NCBI GenBank assembly: GCA_030156575.1
Contig: JASGMG010000001.1
Location: 1-56,787 of the forward strand
Direction: 5' to 3'
DNA length: 56,787 nucleotides
Origin: Patescibacteria group bacterium
GTDB lineage: Bacteria; Patescibacteriota; Saccharimonadia; Saccharimonadales; Saccharimonadaceae
Below the pieces are notes generated by a model. It had not been told where the DNA came from and ran no database searches. It saw nothing but the letters and a program-made list of their open reading frames with translations. The translations under genes and the position numbers were made by a program. Of the stretch, positions 28,134-36,926 are shown one piece after another (within the stretch, counting starts at the first letter, position 1; each line of letters starts with the position of its first letter).

Positions 28134-29659
28134 ATCTCGCGTAAAGTTTCAATATCTGCTCCAAGTGTATTTAGTCTGTTAGCAAAATCTTCGTAGCCAC
28201 GATTAATTGAATATACGTCACGCAAAATAGAGCGTCCAGGAGCGGCTAGCATAGCTAACATAATAACAACGGATGGTCTTAGTGCTGGTGGTGATATAAC
28301 GTCGGCTGATTTCCATTTCGTTGGGCCCGTTATGTAAACTCGATGTGGATCGACAAGTTCTATTTTTGCATTTAGTTTACTTAACTCTGTAAAATATATT
28401 GCTCGATTCTCATATGACCAATCATGAAGCAATGTCCGCCCGTTTGCTACAGTTGCAATTAGACCTAAGAATGGTAGGTTATCCATGTTTACACCTGGAA
28501 ATGGCATACTATGTAGCTTATCTTTAGGAGCTTGTAATTTAGATCGTAAAATTTTAATATCAACCAGACGTGTTTCACCGTTATTGGCTTTATATTCTTC
28601 ACTTATCTCACTTTGTAGCCCCATATTCTTTAATATAGAAAGTTCAATTTCTATAAATTCAATTGGTGCGCGTTTGATTGTGACCTCAGAGTCTGTAACC
28701 AAGCTGGCTGCTATTAAGCTCATAGCTTCGATAGGATCCTCGCTAGGGAAGTAATCAACATTTTTATTTATATCACGAACACCATGGATTTTAAGAGTAG
28801 TTGTCCCAATCCCATCAATTTTTATTCCTAATTTTTGTAAGAAAAAGCATAAATCTTGAACCATATAATTAGGACTAGCGTTTCGAATTGTAACCTCGCC
28901 ATCGTAAAGAGCTGATGCCATAATTACATTTTCAGTTGCAGTATCGCCACGTTCTGTTAACAATATAGCATTGGTAATTGGTTTTTTTTGAACGGTAGCA
29001 TGATAACAATTTCCATTCGTATCTACATTTAGTCCAAATGGAGCTAGTCCCATCATATGAGGCTCGATTGTACGCACTCCAAGATTACATCCGCCTGCGA
29101 ATGGTAGCTTGAATTCTTTATATTGATGTAGTAACGGCCCTAAGAGCATAATGACAGTGCGTGTTCGTTTAGCTGCTTCAACATCCATATTTTCGAGTTT
29201 TAGCCGTGCTGGTGGTGTAATTTCAAGATCATTTTTTTCATTTAACCAACGTATTTTTACTCCTATACTTTGGAGTACGTCTATGATGCGATTCACTTCT
29301 TCGATCCGTGCTACGCGTCTAATTGTAGTTGTGCCACGATTCAAAAGACTAGCACAAAGTAATGCAACCGCTGCATTTTTGCTAGTTTTGATTTCAATTT
29401 CTCCAGATAATTTCTTACCACCATTTATTCTGAAATTGATTTTACCAGATTGATTTAAACTGACTATTTCACTTGATAGAACCTCACTAATGCGAGCTAA
29501 CATCTCAAGGCTGATATTTTGCCCACCTTTCTCTATGCGATTAATAGCACTTTGGCTAGTGTTTAATGCTTTGGCTAGTTGAGTTTGAGTTAATCCTCGA
29601 GATTGTCTCGTTTCTTGGATTAATGTTCCAATTTTAGATTTATAATCATCATTTGTCAT
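28130..29659 (-). CDS. murA: UDP-N-acetylglucosamine 1-carboxyvinyltransferase (MurA) with an N-terminal XRE-type HTH domain
   Basis: Residues ~9-66 ('IGTLIQETRQSRGLTQTQLAKALNTSQSAINRIEKGGQNISLEMLARISEVL') form a classic HTH_3/XRE domain. The rest is EPSP-synthase-fold MurA ('GEIEIKTSKNAAVALLCASLL', active-site loop 'FAGGCNLGVRTIEPH' with Cys, 'DTATENVIMASAL', 'PGVNMDNLPFL'). Confidence 0.85.
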   Translation of the reverse strand: MTNDDYKSKIGTLIQETRQSRGLTQTQLAKALNTSQSAINRIEKGGQNISLEMLARISEVLSSEIVSLNQSGKINFRINGGKKLSGEIEIKTSKNAAVALLCASLLNRGTTTIRRVARIEEVNRIIDVLQSIGVKIRWLNEKNDLEITPPARLKLENMDVEAAKRTRTVIMLLGPLLHQYKEFKLPFAGGCNLGVRTIEPHMMGLAPFGLNVDTNGNCYHATVQKKPITNAILLTERGDTATENVIMASALYDGEVTIRNASPNYMVQDLCFFLQKLGIKIDGIGTTTLKIHGVRDINKNVDYFPSEDPIEAMSLIAASLVTDSEVTIKRAPIEFIEIELSILKNMGLQSEISEEYKANNGETRLVDIKILRSKLQAPKDKLHSMPFPGVNMDNLPFLGLIATVANGRTLLHDWSYENRAIYFTELSKLNAKIELVDPHRVYITGPTKWKSADVISPPALRPSVVIMLAMLAAPGRSILRDVYSINRGYEDFANRLNTLGADIETLREI

Positions 29660-29736
29660 ATTACTTATGATATATCACTAATGGTATATCGTCAATTGGT
29701 GTATAATTAAACAAAAGTAGGAGGAAAACAATAATT

Positions 29737-31014
29737 ATGAATGATAAAGAGATCGCTAAATTTATCGCTGGAGAAGAGCTCAGACAACGAGAAGGTCTAG
29801 AGTTGATACCTAGCGAAAATTATGTAAGTCGTGACGTATTAACAGCCCTTGGTAGTGTTTTTACTAATAAATATGCAGAGGGCTATCCAGGTAGGCGTTA
29901 TTATAGTGGGCAAGAATTTACTGATAGAGTAGAGCAGTTGGCGATTGATCGTATTAAGAAGCTATTTAAAGCAGATCATGCTAACGTGCAACCACATTCT
30001 GGTGCGCCTGCTAATGAGGCCGTATATAGTGCTTGGCTAAACCCAGGTGATACAGTACTTGCTATGGATTTGAGTCATGGAGGACATTTAACACACGGTG
30101 CACCTGTTACTAGAAGTGCCAAATTATATAATTTTATTCGTTACAAAATGAAAGACATATCAACAGGCGAGATTGATTATGATAATTTACGTGAGTTAGC
30201 ACTAAAACACAAACCAAAGATAATTTTAGCTGGATTTAGTGCTTATCCGCGTGAGCTTGACTATGCTAAATTTGCCGCAATTGGTAATGAAGTCGGAGCG
30301 TTATTAATGGCTGATATGGCGCATATTGCTGGTCTAATTGCTGGTGGAGTCGCTTCAAACCCATTCGATTATGGGTTTCATGTTATTACAACTACAACAC
30401 ATAAAACACTCCGTGGGCCACGTGGTGGAGTTATATTGAGTAAGGGCAATGTGGGTAATCCATTAACTGCACCTGAAAAAACGATAGAAAACATCCCAAC
30501 TCTTATAGATCGTGCTGTTTTCCCTGGTATGCAAGGCGGTCCACATATAAATACGATTGCGGCTAAGGCTGTTGCTTTTGGAGAGGCTTTGAAGCCAGAG
30601 TTCAGACAATATGCTCAGTGTGTTATAGACAACGCATCTGCATTAGCTGATGAAATGCAAAAGCGAGGTTTTCAACTTGTAACTGGTGGAACGAGCAATC
30701 ATTTGATTTTAGCTGATATAAATAAAAGCTTTGGCATTGACGGTAAGACAGCAGAGCAAGCTTTAAATTCTATTGGACTAACCGTAAATGCGAATGTCAT
30801 ACCTGATGATGAACTACCGTATTATAGGCCTAGCGGCATAAGATTAGGTACTCCAGCTATTACTACAAGGGGACTTAAGGTAGAAGATATGCCGAAGATT
30901 GCTGAGTGGATGAAACTATCGATTGAGAATCGTGATGATATGAATAAATTAAAAGCTTTAAAAGAAGACGTTCGTCTATTTTCCAGCTCTTTTTCTTTGC
31001 CTAGCGATGTCTAG
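29737..31014 (+). CDS. glyA: Serine hydroxymethyltransferase
   Basis: 'LELIPSENYVS', 'NKYAEGYPGRRYY', 'VQPHSGAPAN' and the PLP-lysine block 'VITTTTHKTLRGPRGG'. AGGAGG RBS upstream. Confidence 0.95.
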   Translation: MNDKEIAKFIAGEELRQREGLELIPSENYVSRDVLTALGSVFTNKYAEGYPGRRYYSGQEFTDRVEQLAIDRIKKLFKADHANVQPHSGAPANEAVYSAWLNPGDTVLAMDLSHGGHLTHGAPVTRSAKLYNFIRYKMKDISTGEIDYDNLRELALKHKPKIILAGFSAYPRELDYAKFAAIGNEVGALLMADMAHIAGLIAGGVASNPFDYGFHVITTTTHKTLRGPRGGVILSKGNVGNPLTAPEKTIENIPTLIDRAVFPGMQGGPHINTIAAKAVAFGEALKPEFRQYAQCVIDNASALADEMQKRGFQLVTGGTSNHLILADINKSFGIDGKTAEQALNSIGLTVNANVIPDDELPYYRPSGIRLGTPAITTRGLKVEDMPKIAEWMKLSIENRDDMNKLKALKEDVRLFSSSFSLPSDV

Positions 31015-31037
31015 GCCGTATTGTTTCAGTATCCTTA

Positions 31038-31070
31038 TAAAATATCCGCCATTATTTGGCGGATATTTTA
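31038..31070. terminator. Bidirectional intrinsic terminator between glyA and the convergent pilin gene
   Basis: 13-bp stem TAAAATATCCGCC / GGCGGATATTTTA with a 7-nt loop. A/T tracts on both sides give a U-run in either direction. Confidence 0.7.
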
Positions 31071-31091
31071 TAACATTATAGATTTTTATTA

Positions 31092-31523
31092 TTATGAGCA
31101 GACTGCACCGCCAACTGATATGTATTTGACGCTACCTGACCCTGAATAATCCCAATAACCAACACAAACGCCAGGTGATGTTGTTATGTAAGATATATTT
31201 TTCGTTGCAGTTGTGAGTGCAGAATTTACTAAAGTAATGGATGCGGGTAATTTTGCAACGCCGGCATTAAGTGCTGTTATTGTTCCGGCTGAATCTGTAG
31301 TCCATACTGGATATGCATTATTTTCTGCATAAACTGCTTCAGCGGCGCTTGCTACTGATGATGCGTTTGATTGATTTGTTGCAGTATTAGCTCTCGAAGT
31401 TATGCCCGTATAGGAAACTATAGTGATGGATGCTAATATACCAATAACTACGATAACGACTAAAAGCTCAACGATAGTAAAACCGCTATCTTTTCGTTTA
31501 TTTTTTATATTATTTAGAATCAT
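31092..31523 (-). CDS. Type IV pilin (candidate major pilin)
   Basis: Leader MILNNIKNKRKDSG|FTIVELLVVIVVIGILASI (G-1, F+1, E+5). 143 aa. C-terminal Cys pair (PGVCVGY...GGAVCS) fits a D-region disulfide loop. Last gene of the pilin cluster, followed by a strong terminator. Confidence 0.8.
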   Translation of the reverse strand: MILNNIKNKRKDSGFTIVELLVVIVVIGILASITIVSYTGITSRANTATNQSNASSVASAAEAVYAENNAYPVWTTDSAGTITALNAGVAKLPASITLVNSALTTATKNISYITTSPGVCVGYWDYSGSGSVKYISVGGAVCS

Positions 31524-31609
31524 TTCTTGATTGCCCCCTGCTTAATAATTGTACTTACTATAAACAATATACTATACTGCTTTGACTAGCACAAGCAGTA
31601 TTATTAATT

Positions 31610-32422
31610 TTATTTAGGAATTGTTGCTCTGACTGTGTTAGATCGGCTAATGTCATTTCCGGCTATGAAATTGGTTGCTGTTATAGTTACACTAATTGTA
31701 GTTGCAGTGTCGCTTGCAGTAGTGTTTATATCGGTAGCGCTAGGATCGGTGTAATAATTTACGTTGAGACCATTAGTACCAACTCCGTTTACTAAATTCA
31801 TGTCTTTAGTTTTGCAAAAAGATAATGTATCGGAAGCTGTTGCTGAACAACTTGGTTGTTGCCATGGGGTAATTGCGGTTTTATTTATTGGATCACAGCC
31901 GTTTATGTAGTTAGATGGCATTATGGTGCGTCTCCATAATGTGTTATTTTTTATAAAGTAGACAATATTTATTGGAATTGTATCATTATTGTCGACCTGT
32001 TGGCTAGTACATGCATTCGGTGAATCTGCGAGATAAACCACACTACGATTTGATGATAATGGACTACCAGTAGTAGCGTAGCTACTTATAATTAGTACAG
32101 TATTGTCTTCTGTGTTCTGAAATTTAGTAGTATCGTCGTTATATCCTTGTGGTGAGCTTATATCAAAGCTATTAGTTGTTAAGAAGCCGTTACTAGATTT
32201 TACATCTTGTTCTATGAGGTTTAATGCATTTTGTACGTTGTATGTTAAGGAATCAGCCGCTTTGGTTATTAGAACTTGATTTGTCATATTAACAATTAAG
32301 GTAATAAAGATGCCAATTACTAAGACCACTATTGGTGCTATAATTAATATTTCAACAGCAGTGAAACCGTCGTTTTTTGGTTGATTAATCGAATTATTAT
32401 TGCACTGTGACATATGTCGCAT
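31610..32422 (-). CDS. Prepilin-type minor pilin-like protein
   Basis: 'NDG|FTAVEILIIAPIVVLVIGIFITLIV' class III signal. 270 aa. The start (32422, or the ATG at 32413) overlaps the upstream gene's end. Confidence 0.65.
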   Translation of the reverse strand: MRHMSQCNNNSINQPKNDGFTAVEILIIAPIVVLVIGIFITLIVNMTNQVLITKAADSLTYNVQNALNLIEQDVKSSNGFLTTNSFDISSPQGYNDDTTKFQNTEDNTVLIISSYATTGSPLSSNRSVVYLADSPNACTSQQVDNNDTIPINIVYFIKNNTLWRRTIMPSNYINGCDPINKTAITPWQQPSCSATASDTLSFCKTKDMNLVNGVGTNGLNVNYYTDPSATDINTTASDTATTISVTITATNFIAGNDISRSNTVRATIPK

Positions 32423-32804
32423 TGCTCACTGATTTTTGTGGACTATTACCATATTTCATAGTAACAAGTATTTTAGATACAGTGTCTAAGTTTGAAGAAT
32501 AAGGGCAGGAAATAATTATAGATATTGTTGTATTGGCTAGGTTATCTACTGTAATAGGTGAATCAGTTAATGGGGTCTGGGGTGTGCAAGGGTTTGTGGC
32601 ACTTGCTTTATATCTTTGTAAATAATCACGGGTCACATCGTTAGCTTGCGCTTGTGCTCGAACTTCGCCACCATCTTTCGTAATTAAGGAATATAGTTGG
32701 TATCCCGATGTAATAAACGCCACTGCAATGAATAAGGTTACTAACAATTCAACGGTAGTGAATCCTTTTGATGGGTTTATTTTATTTTCGTTGATTATTT
32801 TCAT
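32397..32804 (-). CDS. Prepilin-type minor pilin-like protein
   Basis: 'PSKG|FTTVELLVTLFIAVAFITSG'. 135 aa. 4-nt overlap with the upstream pilin-like gene. Confidence 0.7.
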   Translation of the reverse strand: MKIINENKINPSKGFTTVELLVTLFIAVAFITSGYQLYSLITKDGGEVRAQAQANDVTRDYLQRYKASATNPCTPQTPLTDSPITVDNLANTTISIIISCPYSSNLDTVSKILVTMKYGNSPQKSVSNATYVTVQ

Positions 32805-33349
32805 TGATTTTTACTCGTTATCATACAAACATAACCTGGAGATGGGCAACTATCACTTACATTAGCTACCTCTAACTTATAGTATATATTAAATTTACGA
32901 CAATCTTGAGTTTCAGAGGTGCATAATGTACCGTCACTCTTAATTGGTTGATATATATATTGATTAATTTCAGGTTGAGGTGTCACGGTTGTTGTTGTTT
33001 GCAATTGATTCGTAGCAGGTTTAAAAGTTACAGTCGAGTCGGTTTCATTGGGGGCTGTTATTACCTTAGTGTCGATATCTCTTAACATCAATTTTGTGGT
33101 CTCTAAGTCTTGGGTTACTACTGTGGATGGATATCTACCTAATGTTGAGCTATTATCTGACCCTGAGTTATAAAAGGTGTCAAGATATAACGCTATTGAT
33201 TCTACATCAGTCTTTCGTTCGGTATCACGAGAATTTGCTTGTGAGCTACTTAAATTCACAACAGCAAGTGTCATTAAAATTCCCATTGCTGTGATGATTA
33301 TAATTAGTTCTGTGATTGTAAACCCACGATGATTCATATCTATAATCAT
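32801..33349 (-). CDS. Prepilin-type pilin-like protein
   Basis: 'NHRG|FTITELIIIITAMGILMTLAVV'. 182 aa. Lies directly downstream of murB on the same strand. Confidence 0.7.
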   Translation of the reverse strand: MIIDMNHRGFTITELIIIITAMGILMTLAVVNLSSSQANSRDTERKTDVESIALYLDTFYNSGSDNSSTLGRYPSTVVTQDLETTKLMLRDIDTKVITAPNETDSTVTFKPATNQLQTTTTVTPQPEINQYIYQPIKSDGTLCTSETQDCRKFNIYYKLEVANVSDSCPSPGYVCMITSKNQ

Positions 33350-33378
33350 AAACGTTTTAAATATAAATCACAAGTATC

Positions 33379-34398
33379 TTATATTTCTAATGGTTCTTGT
33401 TGAATTTGGATGCGAAAAGTATCACGAATCTTTCCAATTATTTCATCCCGAGCATCAGCAAGGTCTTTATATGATTTTGCTGATTCGTTGATTAATACTA
33501 AGGCATTCTTGTCGTGAACTCGCATGCCATGTAACACTTTACCCTTTAAACCTATTTGTTCGATTAGCCATCCTGTTGGTATCTTATAGTGACCATTTCC
33601 CATGTCATAAGTTGGGATGTCTGGATTTATTTTTTTTAAATCATTAAGTTGCCAAGATTCAATGATAGCATTCTTAAAGAAGGATCCGGTATTTGGTAAA
33701 ATCTTTGGATCAGGGAGTTTATTTTTTCGAATTTCGATTATTGAGTTTCTGATTATTTTTGAAGTAAAAATTTTTATATTATTATCATCGAGGTATTTTT
33801 GTAGTGCGTCGTAAAATGGTGGTTGAGGCTGATTCTTTGATAATTTTATAGTTATAGATGTTATTATATAACGTCCCATTGCTTCACCACGAAAGATGCT
33901 GTCTCTATAAGAAAAGCCACAATCTGAATTTTGCATTGTAATAAACTTATCTATTTTAGTGTCATACGCCTCTAGTGATTGTAACGTATCGGCAATCTCT
34001 TGACCGTAAGCGCCAACATTTTGGACTGGCGAGGCACCGGCGGTTCCAGGTATAGCAGACATTGCTTCAATTCCGCTAAGATTCATGTCTACTGTGCGCT
34101 TAACTATAGCGTCCCAATTTTCGCCACCACCTAGTTTTATAGTAGTCGAGTTTAGACTATCGTTTATTACGCTAAATCCAGAAATTCGCATACGTACTAT
34201 AATTCCGTTAAAGCCTTTGTCGGTTGCTATTACATTACTACCACCACCGAGTATGAATATTGGCAATGATTTGCTTTTAGCATTTTGACATATTTCTGCA
34301 ACTTCCTCTTTGCTATAAACATCTGTCATGAATCGTGCATTACCACCGATCTTCATGGTTGTAAAGTTTTTTAATGGTATATTTGTATGAATCTCCAT
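33379..34398 (-). CDS. murB: UDP-N-acetylenolpyruvoylglucosamine reductase
   Basis: 'LKNFTTMKIGGNARF', 'ILGGGSNV', FAD-binding 'AIPGTAGASPVQNVGAYG', 'FSYRDSIF' and 'GSFFKN'. Confidence 0.9.
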   Translation of the reverse strand: MEIHTNIPLKNFTTMKIGGNARFMTDVYSKEEVAEICQNAKSKSLPIFILGGGSNVIATDKGFNGIIVRMRISGFSVINDSLNSTTIKLGGGENWDAIVKRTVDMNLSGIEAMSAIPGTAGASPVQNVGAYGQEIADTLQSLEAYDTKIDKFITMQNSDCGFSYRDSIFRGEAMGRYIITSITIKLSKNQPQPPFYDALQKYLDDNNIKIFTSKIIRNSIIEIRKNKLPDPKILPNTGSFFKNAIIESWQLNDLKKINPDIPTYDMGNGHYKIPTGWLIEQIGLKGKVLHGMRVHDKNALVLINESAKSYKDLADARDEIIGKIRDTFRIQIQQEPLEI

Positions 34399-34454
34399 AT
34401 TTAATATTATAGCCTATGATTATTATTTATGATATAATTAACAGTAGTAAGTAT

Positions 34455-34531
34455 GCACCCGTAGCTCAGCTGGATAGAGTACTTGGCTTCGAACCAAGGG
34501 GTCGTAGGTTCAAATCCTGCCGGGTGTACCA
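34455..34531 (+). tRNA. tRNA-Arg (anticodon TCG), CCA encoded
   Basis: GCACCCG/CGGGTGT acceptor, GCTC/GAGT D-arm, CTTGG-CTTCGAA-CCAAG anticodon arm and GTAGG-TTCAAAT-CCTGC T-arm. Confidence 0.9.
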
Positions 34532-34545
34532 AGTATGGATATAAT

Positions 34546-34572
34546 AAATAGAGGCAGCTAGGCCTCTATTTT
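34546..34572. terminator. Bidirectional hairpin terminator between tRNA-Arg and the convergent ORF
   Basis: 10-bp stem AAATAGAGGC / GCCTCTATTT, 6-nt loop, with A- and T-tracts flanking. Confidence 0.5.
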
Positions 34573-34577
34573 GTTAC

Positions 34578-34883
34578 TTATTTGATAAATGATAAATTGT
34601 CAGATTCCTTGGGTTTTTGTTCAGTTGTATCTTTGTTAGGAACGACAGCAAGAATTACTTTATCGACAGCTGTTTTAATTTGGATTCTGTAGGGTAATTC
34701 TGATATCGCATTATCAAATTTGGCTTTCGAAAGATCACGTCTAATTGTAAGATGCGGAATGAAGTTGTCCTCGTAACTTTTGTGCGTGATATCGCAGAAA
34801 TTATTGTTTTTGCTTACAAAATTAAGTATTTTACTCTGTAGCTTTGACAATTCATTCTTGTCTATCGAATCGATCATAAGCAA
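34578..34883 (-). pseudogene. Possible C-terminal half of a 2H-phosphoesterase (LigT/2'-5' RNA ligase-like)
   Basis: The 101-aa ORF carries a single 'PHLTIRR' H-x-T-x motif, whereas 2H enzymes need two. It uses a TTG or internal ATG start. The 250 nt upstream (34884..35132) has stops in all minus-strand frames. Confidence 0.3.
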
Positions 34884-35132
34884 CCATTATTGGTAATATC
34901 TTGTCTGCCAAAATGAAGCTTAGAAAACTCAACGTTGATTTTACTTGAATAACTATCAAAAAACGGTATCTACGTGATATTCCAGATCATATCTACTTCT
35001 AAAGTTATCTATCCAATTCGGTTTTTCTATTATATTAAAGACCTATGTACATTGCAAAAAATCTCATTATTTTTATAAGTGTAACGAATAGGTTTTATTT
35101 CATTATTTTGTTGATCTTGCTAATATAGACTA

Positions 35133-35930
35133 ATGTCTATCATCAATGCGATTATATTAGGATTAGTCCAAGGAATCACGGAGTTCATACCAGTCAGTAG
35201 CTCTGGTCATCTTGCTATCGCTAGTCGTCTATTAGGGGTGGATGGTGCCTTTGCTTTTGATGTGTTATTAAATTTTGGAACTTTACTTGCTTTAATTATT
35301 TTTTATCGGAGGCGTCTTCTTTTTATAACAAAAAACATATTTATTAATAAAAGATGGGGTCTGTTATTGAAGATTATAGTTGCGACAATACCTGCAGTTT
35401 TGTTTGGAATTCTATTAAAAGATAACATTGAAAAACTTAATGAAATGATATGGGTTATTATCGCTACCTTAGCAGTTGTTGGGGTTTTAATGATTATTTA
35501 TGGCAGAGAAAGTTTCGGTGCTGATGATAGAGAGATTGAGTCTTCTGTTGGCTGGAAAGGCGCTATGAGAATTGGTATATCACAAACTTTGGCATTAATA
35601 CCTGGAGTGTCGCGCTCTGGTATTACTATTTTAGCTGGGTTAAGATCGAATTTAAGTGCTTCAAAGGCAGCTGAATTTAGTTTTTTGCTTGCTATTCCTG
35701 TTATTGCTGGAGCTAGCTTAAAAACATTATTTTCTCATGATGGACTTAGCTTTTTCCAGAATAATATAAGTGTTGTTCTTATTGGTAATATCGCATCATT
35801 TACAGCTGGTATATTGGCTGTGAACTTTTTGATAAAATTAATTTCAAAACGAGGGTTAAAAGATTTTGGCTGGTATAGAGTCGGCTTAGCTAGTTTGTTA
35901 ATCATTCTAGTAATTTTTAGAGTTATTTGA
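35133..35930 (+). CDS. uppP: Undecaprenyl-diphosphate phosphatase (BacA/UppP)
   Basis: 'GLVQGITEFIPVSSSGHL' and 'LALIPGVSRSGITI' are the two conserved BacA motifs. 8 TM, 265 aa. Confidence 0.9.
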   Translation: MSIINAIILGLVQGITEFIPVSSSGHLAIASRLLGVDGAFAFDVLLNFGTLLALIIFYRRRLLFITKNIFINKRWGLLLKIIVATIPAVLFGILLKDNIEKLNEMIWVIIATLAVVGVLMIIYGRESFGADDREIESSVGWKGAMRIGISQTLALIPGVSRSGITILAGLRSNLSASKAAEFSFLLAIPVIAGASLKTLFSHDGLSFFQNNISVVLIGNIASFTAGILAVNFLIKLISKRGLKDFGWYRVGLASLLIILVIFRVI

Positions 35931-35987
35931 CCATATGATTTTATATTGCACCAACAGAGGCAATGGTGTACAATAAATTTCTGTAAT

Positions 35988-36064
35988 GGGCCAGTAACTC
36001 AGCTGGTTAGAGTGTCTGCCTCTTAAGCAGAATGTCGTGGGTTCAAGTCCCACCTGGCCCTCCA
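35988..36064 (+). tRNA. tRNA-Lys (anticodon CTT), CCA encoded
   Basis: GGGCCAG/CTGGCCC acceptor, TCTGC-CTCTTAA-GCAGA anticodon arm and GTGGG-TTCAAGT-CCCAC T-arm. Confidence 0.9.
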
Positions 36065-36078
36065 GATGTATTATTATA

Positions 36079-36107
36079 AAACAGAGACATATTGTCTCTG
36101 TTTTTTG
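36079..36107 (+). terminator. Rho-independent terminator after tRNA-Lys
   Basis: 9-bp stem ACAGAGACA / TGTCTCTGT with a 3-nt loop, followed by TTTTTTG. Confidence 0.7.
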
Positions 36108-36121
36108 TTATAATAATTGCT

Positions 36122-36253
36122 ATGAATAAAGCAATTATTATTTCGGGTATGCCCTCAAAAAAAAGATATTACAATCCGAATGCTAATTCTCAATCTAATG
36201 AGCATTGGATACCTTGGTTGCAGAATCAATTATTAAAAAAGCGGTTAAATTAA
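36122..36253 (+). pseudogene. N-terminal fragment (43 codons) of a YdeN/RBBP9-type serine hydrolase
   Basis: My own translation (below the ORF-track cutoff): MNKAIIISGMPSKKRYYNPNANSQSNEHWIPWLQNQLLKKRLN*. The 'IIISG...EHWIPWLQNQL' pattern matches the start of YdeN-like alpha/beta hydrolases, but it stops before the nucleophile elbow. Confidence 0.4.
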
Positions 36254-36312
36254 TTTCGGTGGCTATACTAGTTTAATAGAGAAGATAATCTTTTATATAG
36301 GAGCGTGAAATT

Positions 36313-36909
36313 ATGCAAACAGAGATAGAGGCTAAGTGGCTAAGTATAGACCTAAATAAGGTAAGAGCTAGATTACGTGACATTGGAGCGATTTTAATAG
36401 CTCCAGAAAGATTAATGACTCGTCGTACATATGATTACGATAATCATAGACTATGTAAAGTCAACGGTTGGATTAGAGTTCGTGATGAAGGTAACAAGGT
36501 TACGCTCAGCTATAAACAGTTAAACGACAGAACATTGCATGGCACAAAAGAAGTATGCGTTGAGGTTGATAGCTTTAGCAAAACTTGTGACTTTTTAAAT
36601 GCTATTGGTATGAAATCAAAGTCTTATCAAGAAACTAGACGCGAGAGTTGGAAACTTGGTAACGCTGAGATTGAATTAGATACTTGGCCGTGGATTCCGA
36701 GCTTTGTAGAGATTGAAGCTAGTGACGAGGGCGAGTTAAAATCTGTTGCAGAAAAGCTAGATTTTGATTATTCAAAAGCATTACATGGTAGTGTAGAGCT
36801 TGCTTATCAAGCTATTTATGATGTAACAGAGGAAGAGATTGATAGTTGGGAAGAAATATTATTTATTGATACACCTGATTGGTTGTTGTCAAGATTATTG
36901 ATTGTTTGA
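36313..36909 (+). CDS. CYTH-domain protein (CyaB/ThTPase-like triphosphate tunnel enzyme)
   Basis: N-terminal 'EIEAKW' is the ExExK CYTH signature. 'IRVRDEG', 'LSYKQ' and 'ELDTWPW...VEIE' beta-strand acidic/basic pattern. 198 aa. Confidence 0.75.
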   Translation: MQTEIEAKWLSIDLNKVRARLRDIGAILIAPERLMTRRTYDYDNHRLCKVNGWIRVRDEGNKVTLSYKQLNDRTLHGTKEVCVEVDSFSKTCDFLNAIGMKSKSYQETRRESWKLGNAEIELDTWPWIPSFVEIEASDEGELKSVAEKLDFDYSKALHGSVELAYQAIYDVTEEEIDSWEEILFIDTPDWLLSRLLIV

Positions 36910-36926
36910 TTTGTTATAATGGTCTT

